Below are positions 46,696 through 54,283 of a stretch of DNA of 54,283 nucleotides, in pieces. Within the stretch, counting starts at the first letter, position 1, and each line of letters begins with the position of its first letter. The stretch lies in assembly GCA_964586365.1 (NCBI GenBank), contig CAZPGI010000001.1, positions 1-54,283 on the forward strand. The letters are read 5' to 3'. A program made the translations under genes and the position numbers. Origin of the DNA: an uncultured Candidatus Saccharibacteria bacterium (GTDB lineage Bacteria > Patescibacteriota > Minisyncoccia > Minisyncoccales > Minisyncoccaceae). The notes beneath the pieces are model-generated. The model saw only the letters and a program-made list of their open reading frames with translations, did not search any database and was not told the origin of the DNA.

Positions 46696-47256
46696 CTACC
46701 ATTTGGCATTATGCAAGCCCAAGTTATACCCAATTCGGTTAAAAACAACATGAAGGAAAAATGTCAAGATAAAAAGACAAAGCCAGAAATTAAGCTCTAA
46801 ACAAAGTATTGGTTGAAGGACAAGAAAGCTGCCGATAACATAATTAGTTTGGTCAAAAGGCAAGAATTTTGCTCCAGGTTTTAAATTTAAACGTCTTTTA
46901 ATAAAAGCAAAGGCTAAATCACCGAAAATCACACCAATTGATAATAAAAATCCTAAGAAAAAGCCATTTATTTGGTTATATGCATAAAATCCAATGGTTT
47001 CATAGTGGCTTAAGCCTAAAAAGTTATGCACCCAGATAAAGAAAGGCATGGCCATGGTGCAAACAATTGCTTCTGTTACCACCCCTCTCCAGGTTTTATG
47101 ATTACCAAGCAAGGGCTTGTTTTTAAACATTAATCCCCCATCAATTGGTTTATTTAACTTCTTTAAGAGATTTAATTTATTGGCCAAAGGAGGAGAAGCA
47201 TTAGCTAGATAAGCTGGTCCAAAGAAATAAAGGCAAGAAAGAATATAATAAAGCAT
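46696..47256 (-). CDS. CDP-archaeol synthase (CarS/DUF46) family cytidylyltransferase homologue
   Basis: GPAYLANASPPL, KPIDGG...LLGNHKTWRG, FGDLAFAFIKRRL...FLPFDQ and a C-terminal ...KW. These match the CarS family pattern as I recall it for archaeal CarS. Confidence 0.7.
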   Translation of the reverse strand: MLYYILSCLYFFGPAYLANASPPLANKLNLLKKLNKPIDGGLMFKNKPLLGNHKTWRGVVTEAIVCTMAMPFFIWVHNFLGLSHYETIGFYAYNQINGFFLGFLLSIGVIFGDLAFAFIKRRLNLKPGAKFLPFDQTNYVIGSFLVLQPILCLELNFWLCLFILTFFLHVVFNRIGYNLGLHNAKW

Positions 47257-47261
47257 AATTT

Positions 47262-47861
47262 TTATTTTATTATTTTTGATTCAGTGCCTTGACGCAACCT
47301 TTTAATGTTTTCTCGGTGAGTCCACCAGATTAATATAATATAGGTAAAGCCAAGAAAAACATAGGCAATTGAATTTGTCCTAAGCCAGAATAATAAAGGT
47401 AGGGTTAGGATAATAAGAAGATTAGTCAAGCTCATTATCTTTGAAGTTAAAAGAAGTAATATCCAAAAAGCTAAAAAGATTAATGAATATTTCCAACCAA
47501 GGACCATAAAAATAGTAGCAAAAGTCGTGGCTACTCCTTTCCCGCCCTTAAAATTGAGCCAAACTGGAAAAATATGGCCAATTGCTGGAGAAATTGATAC
47601 TAAAGCCATTTGCCAATCAACAATTAAGTATTGACTGGCTATATATATTGGAATAATAGCTTTAAGAACATCAAGGATTCCAACTAAAAGGCCATATTTA
47701 AAACCTAATGCCCTGCCAACATTTGTTCCTCCTATATTTCCGCTCCCTTGTTTTCTAATATCAATATTTTTAAACTTGCTAATTATGTAACCAAAAGGAA
47801 TTGAACCTGATAAATATCCTATAATAATGAAGAAGATTAATAAAAATAATTGATTTTCCAT
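47262..47861 (-). CDS. plsY: Glycerol-3-phosphate acyltransferase PlsY (canonical copy)
   Basis: GSIPFGYIISK, GSGNIGGTNVGRALG and GHIFPVWLNFKGGKGVAT. Confidence 0.85.
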   Translation of the reverse strand: MENQLFLLIFFIIIGYLSGSIPFGYIISKFKNIDIRKQGSGNIGGTNVGRALGFKYGLLVGILDVLKAIIPIYIASQYLIVDWQMALVSISPAIGHIFPVWLNFKGGKGVATTFATIFMVLGWKYSLIFLAFWILLLLTSKIMSLTNLLIILTLPLLFWLRTNSIAYVFLGFTYIILIWWTHRENIKRLRQGTESKIIK

Positions 47862-47888
47862 GTTTTTATATTTAATTAATTATTTAAG

Positions 47889-47959
47889 TGGGCTTGATGA
47901 GAGTCGAACTCATATTGCTACTGTGTGAAAGTAGTATTCTGCCGTTGAATTACAAGCCC
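47889..47959 (-). tRNA. tRNA-Val (anticodon CAC)
   Basis: Hand-folded. Acceptor GGGCTTG/CAAGCCC, anticodon stem CTACT/AGTAG with loop TTCACAC, T-loop TTCGACT. No encoded CCA. Confidence 0.8.
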
Positions 47960-47985
47960 TAGTCGTTTCATATGGAACTGGAATG

Positions 47986-48056
47986 TCGGGATGCTGGGAA
48001 TTGAACCCAGATGACAGACTCCCGAAGCCTGCATAATACCATTATATGACATCCCG
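47986..48056 (-). tRNA. tRNA-Pro (anticodon CGG)
   Basis: Hand-folded. Acceptor CGGGATG/CATCCCG, anticodon loop TTCGGGA, T-arm CTGGG-TTCAATT-CCCAG. The D-arm is short and imperfect. Confidence 0.7.
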
Positions 48057-48065
48057 AAATTGATT

Positions 48066-48184
48066 TTGGCCACATTCGTGTCCGCATTGGCCACATTCGT
48101 GTCCGCATTGGCCACGTTCGTGTCCGCATTGGCCACATTCGTGCCCGCATTGGCCACGTTCGTGTCCGCATTGGCCACGTTCGT
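48066..48184. repeat. 21-nt tandem repeat, 5 full + 1 partial (14-nt) copies
   Basis: The unit is TTGGCCACRTTCGTGYCCGCA at 48066, 48087, 48108, 48129, 48150 and 48171 (partial). Only two variable positions. About 57-62% GC in a ~35% GC genome. Each unit contains the palindrome TGGCCA. Confidence 0.95.
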
Positions 48185-48189
48185 AAATG

Positions 48190-48260
48190 TGGACCTGATG
48201 AGAATCGAACTCATATTTCTACTATGCGAAAGTAGTGTTCTGCCATTGAACTACAGGCCC
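48190..48260 (-). tRNA. tRNA-Ala (anticodon CGC)
   Basis: Hand-folded. Acceptor GGGCCTG/CAGGTCC gives the G3:U70 alanine identity pair. Anticodon loop TTCGCAT, T-loop TTCGATT. No encoded CCA. Confidence 0.8.
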
Positions 48261-48278
48261 AACGTTCTACAGGAAACC

Positions 48279-49769
48279 TTAGGTCACCCAATACCTTTCT
48301 TTTGTCATTTGATCTTGCTTTATTTCAATATTATCAATTTCTTTTCTAGCTTTTTGAGCTAATTTGCTTAAATCTTGGTCATTTAATTTGTTTAATTCTA
48401 ATAATCTCATGGTTAAATATTCTTTTGTGTTCTTTTTTGGGTCTTTTAATACTTCTTCTAGTAAAATATCAAGTAATTGTCCTATTTTTGGCCCTGGCTC
48501 TATGTTTAATGTTTGAATAATATCATTACCATTGATTTTAAGCATTTTTACTGAAATAGGATCTTGAGAAACTTTTTCAATCATGTATTTTAAATGTCTA
48601 AGTTTATATGGTTCTGCCTTAGGGCAGCCAGAACCAATTCTATCAGCCATTCTTAATTGTAAAAGGTCTTCCATGTTCTCAATTCCTACTTTTCTTATTA
48701 ATCTTCTGATAGAAGCTTCTCCTACTTCATCTACGTTATAGTAAAAAAGGTGATAATGGACTAGGTTTACTGTCTTTTCTACATCTTTTTTAGGAAATTT
48801 CAAGCGATTAAGTATTTTTTTAGCCATTTTTGCTCCAATTGTCTCATGATTGTAAAAAGTAGCATTTTCTCCCTGCCCCTTTTTAGTAATTGGTTTGCCA
48901 ATATCATGAAGCAAAGCAGCCATTCTCACGTGAAAATTAAAGCCTTTTTTGGCTGCATAATTCAAACATTCTAGATTATGTTTATAGCAATCATAGACAT
49001 GGTGTTTGTTTTGGTTTACTCCTACTCCTTGCTCTAATTCAGGCATAATATATGTTAAAAGCCCTGTTTTTCTTAATGTTTCAATGCCTTGGCTAGCATT
49101 TTCACTCATTATTATCTTTATTAATTCATCTCTAATCCTTTCTTTGGCTGATTTTTTCAATAAATAGCTGTATTTAATAATAGCTTTTTCAGTATTTTCT
49201 TCAATTTTCCAGCCCTTGCCTAAAGTTGTTTGAAACCTAACTGCTCTCATCATTCTCAAAAAATCTTCTGAAAACCTTTGTTCTGGCTTTCCTACTGTTC
49301 TAATAATCTTATTTTTAATGTCTTCTAAACCATTAAATAGGTCAATTATTTCAAACTTTCCATTTTTTAGCAGGGTAATAGCAATAGCGTTAATAGTAAA
49401 ATCCCTTCTTTCTAGGTCTTGTTCAATGCGTTGGGACCAAACAACTTTGTCTGGGTGGCGAAAATCAGAATAAGTTGATTCTGAACGAAAAGTAGTAATT
49501 TCTACGATATTGTTTTCTGAAAAAACTACCCCTACTGTGCCAAAATCATTTTCATAAAAGGTTTTGATTCCTTGCTCTTGAAAAATCGCTTGAATTTCTT
49601 CTGGTTTAGCATTAGTAGTAATATCCCAGTCAGAAGGTTCTTTATTCATAAACAAATCCCTAGTGCAGCCACCAACAATATATGCTTCAAATCCTTTTTC
49701 TTTTAATTTTTCCAAAGCAAAAATTACATTTTCTGGAATATTAAAATCTAGTTTTTTAACTTGTTTCAT
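48279..49769 (-). CDS. cca: CCA-adding tRNA nucleotidyltransferase with HD domain
   Basis: GGCTRD and DWDI polymerase-beta motifs, RDFTINA, and the HD motif LLHDIGKP. Confidence 0.85.
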   Translation of the reverse strand: MKQVKKLDFNIPENVIFALEKLKEKGFEAYIVGGCTRDLFMNKEPSDWDITTNAKPEEIQAIFQEQGIKTFYENDFGTVGVVFSENNIVEITTFRSESTYSDFRHPDKVVWSQRIEQDLERRDFTINAIAITLLKNGKFEIIDLFNGLEDIKNKIIRTVGKPEQRFSEDFLRMMRAVRFQTTLGKGWKIEENTEKAIIKYSYLLKKSAKERIRDELIKIIMSENASQGIETLRKTGLLTYIMPELEQGVGVNQNKHHVYDCYKHNLECLNYAAKKGFNFHVRMAALLHDIGKPITKKGQGENATFYNHETIGAKMAKKILNRLKFPKKDVEKTVNLVHYHLFYYNVDEVGEASIRRLIRKVGIENMEDLLQLRMADRIGSGCPKAEPYKLRHLKYMIEKVSQDPISVKMLKINGNDIIQTLNIEPGPKIGQLLDILLEEVLKDPKKNTKEYLTMRLLELNKLNDQDLSKLAQKARKEIDNIEIKQDQMTKERYWVT

Positions 49770-49800
49770 TTCTTCTGTATTCTATCTTAAATTTCTTCTC

Positions 49801-49829
49801 TTGACAACTATTATCTTTGGGGATAAAAT
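49801..49829 (+). promoter_or_regulatory. Sigma70-like promoter upstream of nusA
   Basis: TTGACA (49801-49806), 17-nt spacer, TAAAAT (49824-49829). Confidence 0.45.
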
Positions 49830-49909
49830 AGACTAATACAAAGGCATGATTTTTTAGATTGTCGGATTGTTTCCGACTTTTTATATAACCAATCTTAAAA
49901 TAAAAATTT

Positions 49910-51127
49910 ATGGACATGCAAGGATTTTTATCAGCTATTAATCAGCTGGCAGAAGAAAAAGGACTTTCTCAAGAAAAAGTTTTGGAAACAGTTGAACATG
50001 CTTTAGCTTCAGCTTACAAGAAAGAGTATGGCAAAAAAGGTCAAATAATCAAGGCCAAGATTAATCCCAAAACAGGGGAGACAGAGTTTTGGCGAGAAAA
50101 AATAGTGGTTGACGATACCTTGGTTTATATTCCTGAAGATGAAGAACTTGAAGGAGTAAAGAAAATTAAATCAAGCTATCGTCCAACAAAAGAAGAGTTG
50201 AGTATAGAAGAAAGCAATGAAGAAGAGCAGGAAACAAGAAGAGTTAAGTATAATTCAGAAAGACATGTTTTGGTAGAAGAGATTAAAGAAACTAATCCAG
50301 AATTAAAGCCAGGCCAAGAATTAAAAATTCCTTTGGAACAAAAAGAAGGTTTTGGCCGAATTGCTGCTCAAACCGCTAAACAAGTGGTTTTGCAGAAAAT
50401 TAGAGAGGCTGAAAAAGAAAACATCCTTGAAGAATACAAATCAAAAGAAGGGGAGATTGTCTCTGGAATTGTTCAAAGAGTGGAAGGCTCTAATGTATAT
50501 TTTGATATTGGTAAAAGTTTAGGAATCTTGCCCAAAGAAGAGCAAATCAGAGGCGAGTTTTACAAAGAAGGTCAAAGATTGAAGCTTTATGTCTTAAAAG
50601 TTGATACTACTCCCAAGGGACCAATTATTATCTTGTCTAGAGCCTATCCTAAATTAGTATCCAAGCTTTTTGAGTTAGAGGTGCCAGAAATTAGCTCAGG
50701 TCAAATAGAGATTAAAGCAATTGCTAGAGAGCCGGGTTCAAGAACAAAAATAGCGGTTGTTTCTTTAGCAGAAGGAGTTGACCCGATTGGGGCAATGGTT
50801 GGTCAAAGAGGAGTAAGGGTGGCAGCAGTAATCTCTGAATTAGGAGGAGAAAAGATTGATGTCATTGAATACTCTGATGACCCAGTAAAATACATTATTA
50901 ACTCTTTATCTCCAGCCAAAGTTATTGATGTAAATATTTTGCCGAAAAATACTGCTTTGGTTATTGTTCCAGCTGACCAGCTTTCTTTAGCTATTGGCAA
51001 AGAGGGTCAGAATGTAAGATTATCGGCCAAACTTACTGGCTGGAAAATAGACGTTAAGAGCGAAGAACAAATTAAGGAAAATGAAGAAGAATTAGATATT
51101 GACGAAGAAGAAGAAAATAAAGAATAA
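49910..51127 (+). CDS. nusA: Transcription termination/antitermination factor NusA
   Basis: The N-terminal domain (LSAINQLAEEKGLSQEKVLETVEHAL), an S1 domain, and two KH domains (VGQRGVRV, IGKEGQNVRL). It has an acidic insertion and tail. Confidence 0.9.
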   Translation: MDMQGFLSAINQLAEEKGLSQEKVLETVEHALASAYKKEYGKKGQIIKAKINPKTGETEFWREKIVVDDTLVYIPEDEELEGVKKIKSSYRPTKEELSIEESNEEEQETRRVKYNSERHVLVEEIKETNPELKPGQELKIPLEQKEGFGRIAAQTAKQVVLQKIREAEKENILEEYKSKEGEIVSGIVQRVEGSNVYFDIGKSLGILPKEEQIRGEFYKEGQRLKLYVLKVDTTPKGPIIILSRAYPKLVSKLFELEVPEISSGQIEIKAIAREPGSRTKIAVVSLAEGVDPIGAMVGQRGVRVAAVISELGGEKIDVIEYSDDPVKYIINSLSPAKVIDVNILPKNTALVIVPADQLSLAIGKEGQNVRLSAKLTGWKIDVKSEEQIKENEEELDIDEEEENKE

Positions 51128-51131
51128 AAAC

Positions 51132-52331
51132 ATGAAAAGTGAGATTAAAGATATTTCCCCAACTAAGAAAAACATTGAAATAGAGGTATTGGCAGAAGAG
51201 TTTGACTCTTTTTGCCAAGAGGCTTTGAAAGAACTGGCTAAAGAATTAGAATTGCCAGGATTTAGAAAAGGCATGGTTCCTGAATCATTGGCCAAGGAAA
51301 AAATAGGGGAAAATAGTATTTTATCTTTGGCAGCAGAGAATGCTATTAAAAAGAACTGGATTGATTTTTTCCGACAAACTGATTTGGAAATAGTTTCTCA
51401 GCCAATAATCAATATTATTAAATTGGCTAGGGGCAACCCTTTTGTTTTTTCTGCTGAAGTTGATGTTTTAACAGATATTAAATTGCCGGACATAGAGGCT
51501 CTTGCCAAAAGTATTAAGAAAGATGAAGAAATAAAAGTAGAACAAGCAGAAATAGATGAAGCAATCCTTTGGCTTCAGCAATCTCGAGCCAAGTTTGAAG
51601 ACAAACAAGGCAAAGCAGAAAAAGGAGATTGGGCAGAGATAACTTTGAATAACAAAGACAAAGATAGCTTTATTCTAGGCAAAGGTCATTATCTAGATGA
51701 TAAGATTTTAGGAATGGAGCCAGGAGAAGAAAAGGAAGTTGAGGTAAACAATACGAAAGTAAAAATAAAGTTAGATTCTTTAAAGAAAGTTAAAATGCCA
51801 GAGATAAACGATGAGTGGGCAAAAACCTTGGGAGGTTTTCCAAGCTTAGAAGCTTTAAAGGAAAGCATTGAACAAGGAATAAAACAAGAGAAAGATATTG
51901 CTTTAAAACAAAAGAAAAGGATTGAATTTTTGGAAAAGATTGCTGCTAAAACCAAAGTAGAAACTCCAGAATCTTTAGTAAAAAGAGAAGCTCAAGGTTT
52001 AATGGAGAACCTTGAGAGCAGAGTTAATGCAGAGTTGGGGATTAGTTTGGAAGAATATTTGGCTCAAGTTAAAAAAACCAAAGAGCAAGTTGAAAAAGAG
52101 TTTGAGAAAATTGGAGAAGACAGGGTGCGTAATTTTCTAATTGTCAGACAGATTATTAAGAATGAAAAAATAGAAGCTAAAGAAGAAGAAATAAATGAAA
52201 AAGTTCAAGAAATGATTAATAACTATTCTAGTCCGGAGCAGGCTCAAAAAGAGATTGACCTAAATAAGGTTAAAATGTATATTGAAGATGAGATTAAAAC
52301 AGAAAAAGCCTTTAATCTTTTTGGCTTTTAA
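51132..52331 (+). CDS. tig: Trigger factor
   Basis: The ribosome-binding signature [10 protein letters not shown] and typical length. ATG at 51132 (the ORF track start at 51099 overlaps nusA). Confidence 0.85.
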   Translation: MKSEIKDISPTKKNIEIEVLAEEFDSFCQEALKELAKELELPGFRKGMVPESLAKEKIGENSILSLAAENAIKKNWIDFFRQTDLEIVSQPIINIIKLARGNPFVFSAEVDVLTDIKLPDIEALAKSIKKDEEIKVEQAEIDEAILWLQQSRAKFEDKQGKAEKGDWAEITLNNKDKDSFILGKGHYLDDKILGMEPGEEKEVEVNNTKVKIKLDSLKKVKMPEINDEWAKTLGGFPSLEALKESIEQGIKQEKDIALKQKKRIEFLEKIAAKTKVETPESLVKREAQGLMENLESRVNAELGISLEEYLAQVKKTKEQVEKEFEKIGEDRVRNFLIVRQIIKNEKIEAKEEEINEKVQEMINNYSSPEQAQKEIDLNKVKMYIEDEIKTEKAFNLFGF

Positions 52332-52336
52332 AAAAT

Positions 52337-52927
52337 ATGAACTTAATACCAACAGTAATTGAAAAATCACAATATGGAGAAAGAGCCTATGATATTTACT
52401 CTCGCCTTTTAAAAGAAAGAATTATTCTTATGGCTGGGGTTGTTGATGATAACATAGCTAATTCTATTGTGGCTCAGCTTTTGTTTTTGGCCTCAAAAGA
52501 TCCTAAGAAAGATATTCAACTATATATTAATAGCCCAGGAGGCTCAGTCACAGCTGGTCTAGCTATTTATGATACCATGCAATATATTAAGCCAGATGTT
52601 TCTACTGTTTCCATCGGCATGTCAGCTTCAATGGGGGCTTTGATTTTGGCAGCTGGAGCCAAAGGCAAACGTTATTCTTTGCCTAATTCTGAGATATTGC
52701 TTCACCAGGTAGCTGGAGGAGCTAAAGGTCAAGCCACGGAAATAGAAATCACGGCTAAACAAATATTGAAAATAAAAGAGACGCTTAATAAAATACTAGC
52801 CAAACATACTGGTCAGCCTTTGGCTAAAATTGCTAAAGATACGGACAGAGATTTTTATCTCACTGCTCAAGAGGCAAAAGAGTATGGAATTATTGACGAG
52901 GTGATTGGAGGGAAAAGCAAGGGATAA
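52337..52927 (+). CDS. clpP: ATP-dependent Clp protease proteolytic subunit
   Basis: [16 protein letters not shown], the catalytic Ser context GMSASMGA, and the His context LLHQVAGG. Confidence 0.9.
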   Translation: MNLIPTVIEKSQYGERAYDIYSRLLKERIILMAGVVDDNIANSIVAQLLFLASKDPKKDIQLYINSPGGSVTAGLAIYDTMQYIKPDVSTVSIGMSASMGALILAAGAKGKRYSLPNSEILLHQVAGGAKGQATEIEITAKQILKIKETLNKILAKHTGQPLAKIAKDTDRDFYLTAQEAKEYGIIDEVIGGKSKG

Positions 52928-52930
52928 CTA

Positions 52931-52958
52931 TTGACAAGAAAATAGGGGGGGATATAAT
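52931..52958 (+). promoter_or_regulatory. Consensus sigma70-like promoter
   Basis: TTGACA (52931-52936), 16-nt spacer, TATAAT (52953-52958). Confidence 0.5.
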
Positions 52959-53121
52959 GAAACAATAAATCACAGCAAGTGAAGTATTTATGGAAAAGTT
53001 TTATTGTCGTGTGTGTTTGCATTTAATCCTTGAAGAAACAAATTGGAAAAGATTTTTAATAAATAAAGGTTGCTTTAGCTTCGGCTAAGGTTTTTTAATT
53101 ATAAAGATAAAAAATATATTT

Positions 53122-54283
53122 ATGAGTAATAATAAAAACATTTTCAAAACTTTAATTTTCCTTTCAATTATTTCTTTAATGATATTTGCAGGAGGAGAGG
53201 CTTGGGCGGCAAGCTGTGGTTCAGCCAATGGTCAGGGTTTTTATACTGCTCCAACCGATAATCTTTGTTCCCCTGGCTATGCTTATGAGGTTTCTGGTTC
53301 CGGTCCCTGGACATGGACGTGTTATGGTTGGGCGCCAAAGGGCTCTACTAAGAATTGGGTTGATGTAGCAGTGTCTTCAGATGGGAAATATATTACAGCG
53401 CTTGCTGCCAACGATCAAGTTTATATTTCTTCTGACTATGGAAAAACCTGGACAGCTCGAGGGGCAGTAGAATCAGAGTGGAAATCAGTAGCAATGTCTT
53501 CAAATGGGAAATATCAAACTGCTTATGCTATAGGAAAGGTTTATAGGTCTATTGATTATGGAGTAACATGGACTTTAAATAATCCGCCATGGTCTTTTCC
53601 AGGAGATGGAGCAGTAAGCGTTTCTTCCACGGGGCAATATCAATTAGTTGGACAGCTTACTTCAGCGTGGAAGTCTACTGATTACGGAGCATCATGGACA
53701 CAACTTTCTGGCGTGAGTGGATGGAAAGGGGCGATATCATCTAATGGACAATATTTAACACTTACTAGTTCTGGTTCTAGTTATATTTATACATCTAATG
53801 ATTACGGAGCATCATGGACCTCGAGAAGTTCTTCTATTTCTGACAGATGGAGCGTAGATATGTCTGATTCAGGACAATATCAAGCAACCACTACTTTTTA
53901 TGGGAGTACGCCAGTTGGGTATATTTATACATCTAACGATTATGGGGTAAATTGGACACAAAGGTTAGCAAATTTACCAGGACTAGTTGATATAGAAGTA
54001 TCATCTACGGGACAATATATGATAGCAGCAGCATCTGGCTCTCAAATTTATGTTTCTAATGATTATGGGGTGAATTGGATAACAAAAGAAAGTAGTAGGG
54101 GGTGGGAAGGTGTAGCTATATCTGCTGATGGTTATCATAAGGCGGTAGTTGTTTATGGTGGCCAGATTTATATTTCTCATAATGACGATGGCTCTAATGC
54201 CAGCTGTTCCGCAACATTAAAAACCGACGGCTCTTGCGGTACAGCTCAGGGGCAACTCTATTCCACTCCACCCTCGGGAGATT
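53122..54283 (+). CDS. Secreted BNR/Asp-box repeat (beta-propeller-like) protein, 3'-truncated by the window edge
   Basis: Hand translation shows no stop to the end of the window. There is a signal peptide. S-x-D-Y-G-x-(T/S/N)-W occurs at least seven times (SSDYGKTW, SIDYGVTW, STDYGASW, SNDYGASW, SNDYGVNW twice). These alternate with VSSxGxY strands. Confidence 0.7.
   Translation, partial: MSNNKNIFKTLIFLSIISLMIFAGGEAWAASCGSANGQGFYTAPTDNLCSPGYAYEVSGSGPWTWTCYGWAPKGSTKNWVDVAVSSDGKYITALAANDQVYISSDYGKTWTARGAVESEWKSVAMSSNGKYQTAYAIGKVYRSIDYGVTWTLNNPPWSFPGDGAVSVSSTGQYQLVGQLTSAWKSTDYGASWTQLSGVSGWKGAISSNGQYLTLTSSGSSYIYTSNDYGASWTSRSSSISDRWSVDMSDSGQYQATTTFYGSTPVGYIYTSNDYGVNWTQRLANLPGLVDIEVSSTGQYMIAAASGSQIYVSNDYGVNWITKESSRGWEGVAISADGYHKAVVVYGGQIYISHNDDGSNASCSATLKTDGSCGTAQGQLYSTPPSGD

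Noticed and set aside
48066-48184. Possible CRISPR array.
   Set aside because: The repeats are directly abutting with no spacers, the unit is only 21 nt, and no cas genes are in the window.
47918-48362. Three ORF-track ORFs across the 21-nt repeat: 47918-48214 (-), 47968-48171 (-) and 48060-48362 (+). They encode heptad repeats such as ANADTNV, MRTRTWP and ATFVSAL.
   Set aside because: They exist only because a 21-nt (7-codon) repeat lacks stops in every frame. Each runs through well-folded tRNA genes or into the cca coding region, and none has a plausible RBS.
1-54283. Alternative genetic code (UGA recoding, as in Gracilibacteria/Absconditabacteria).
   Set aside because: All recognisable genes are full-length and end at sensible positions under the standard bacterial code, so no recoding is needed.

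Overview
Low-GC (about 35% by eye), tightly packed bacterial chromosome read in the standard code. ORFs are intact without UGA recoding. Gene content and style fit a Patescibacteria/CPR (Parcubacteria-like) genome: small housekeeping genes, a stand-alone 5'-3' exonuclease, a lamin-tail-domain protein, CPR-type T4SS pilin domains and DegV/PlsY lipid salvage. That taxonomic call is an inference. The window spans the replication-origin neighbourhood: dnaN-dnaA diverging from rpmH-rnpA-yidC-jag. It also carries ordinary core genes: murE, ruvA/B/C, rpsT, holA, mutM, a two-component pair, tsaE, a pilB-like ATPase, yebC, tyrS, a class A PBP, rsmA, pnp, rpsO, cca, nusA, tig and clpP. Five tRNAs were found by hand-folding, none with an encoded CCA. 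Three accessory regions stand out. (1) 20.7-34.4 kb, directly beside the origin genes, holds a minimal T4SS-like locus: VirB4 split into two ORFs, a PrgI/VirB3-like protein and a VirB6/TrbL-like polytopic protein. It has no relaxase, coupling protein or VirB11. It is divergently paired, through a perfectly palindromic double extended -10 promoter, with three tandem proteins. Each of these fuses a VirB2/TrbC-like pilin N-terminus to a large ectodomain: one 1130-aa protein with about 66 cysteines, and two paralogues with beta-gamma-crystallin-type Greek-key motifs. (2) 41.1-47.9 kb holds a lipid-salvage island: 3 PlsY paralogues, 2 DegV, a Dak2-DegV fusion and an archaeal-type CarS homologue. 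(3) A tRNA array contains a GC-rich 21-nt tandem repeat and a near-identical tRNA-Val/tRNA-Ala pair. In addition, a promoter-to-terminator delimited, highly structured ~140-nt candidate ncRNA lies antisense in the pilB-ruvB spacer. No rRNA, CRISPR array, integrase or transposase was seen.
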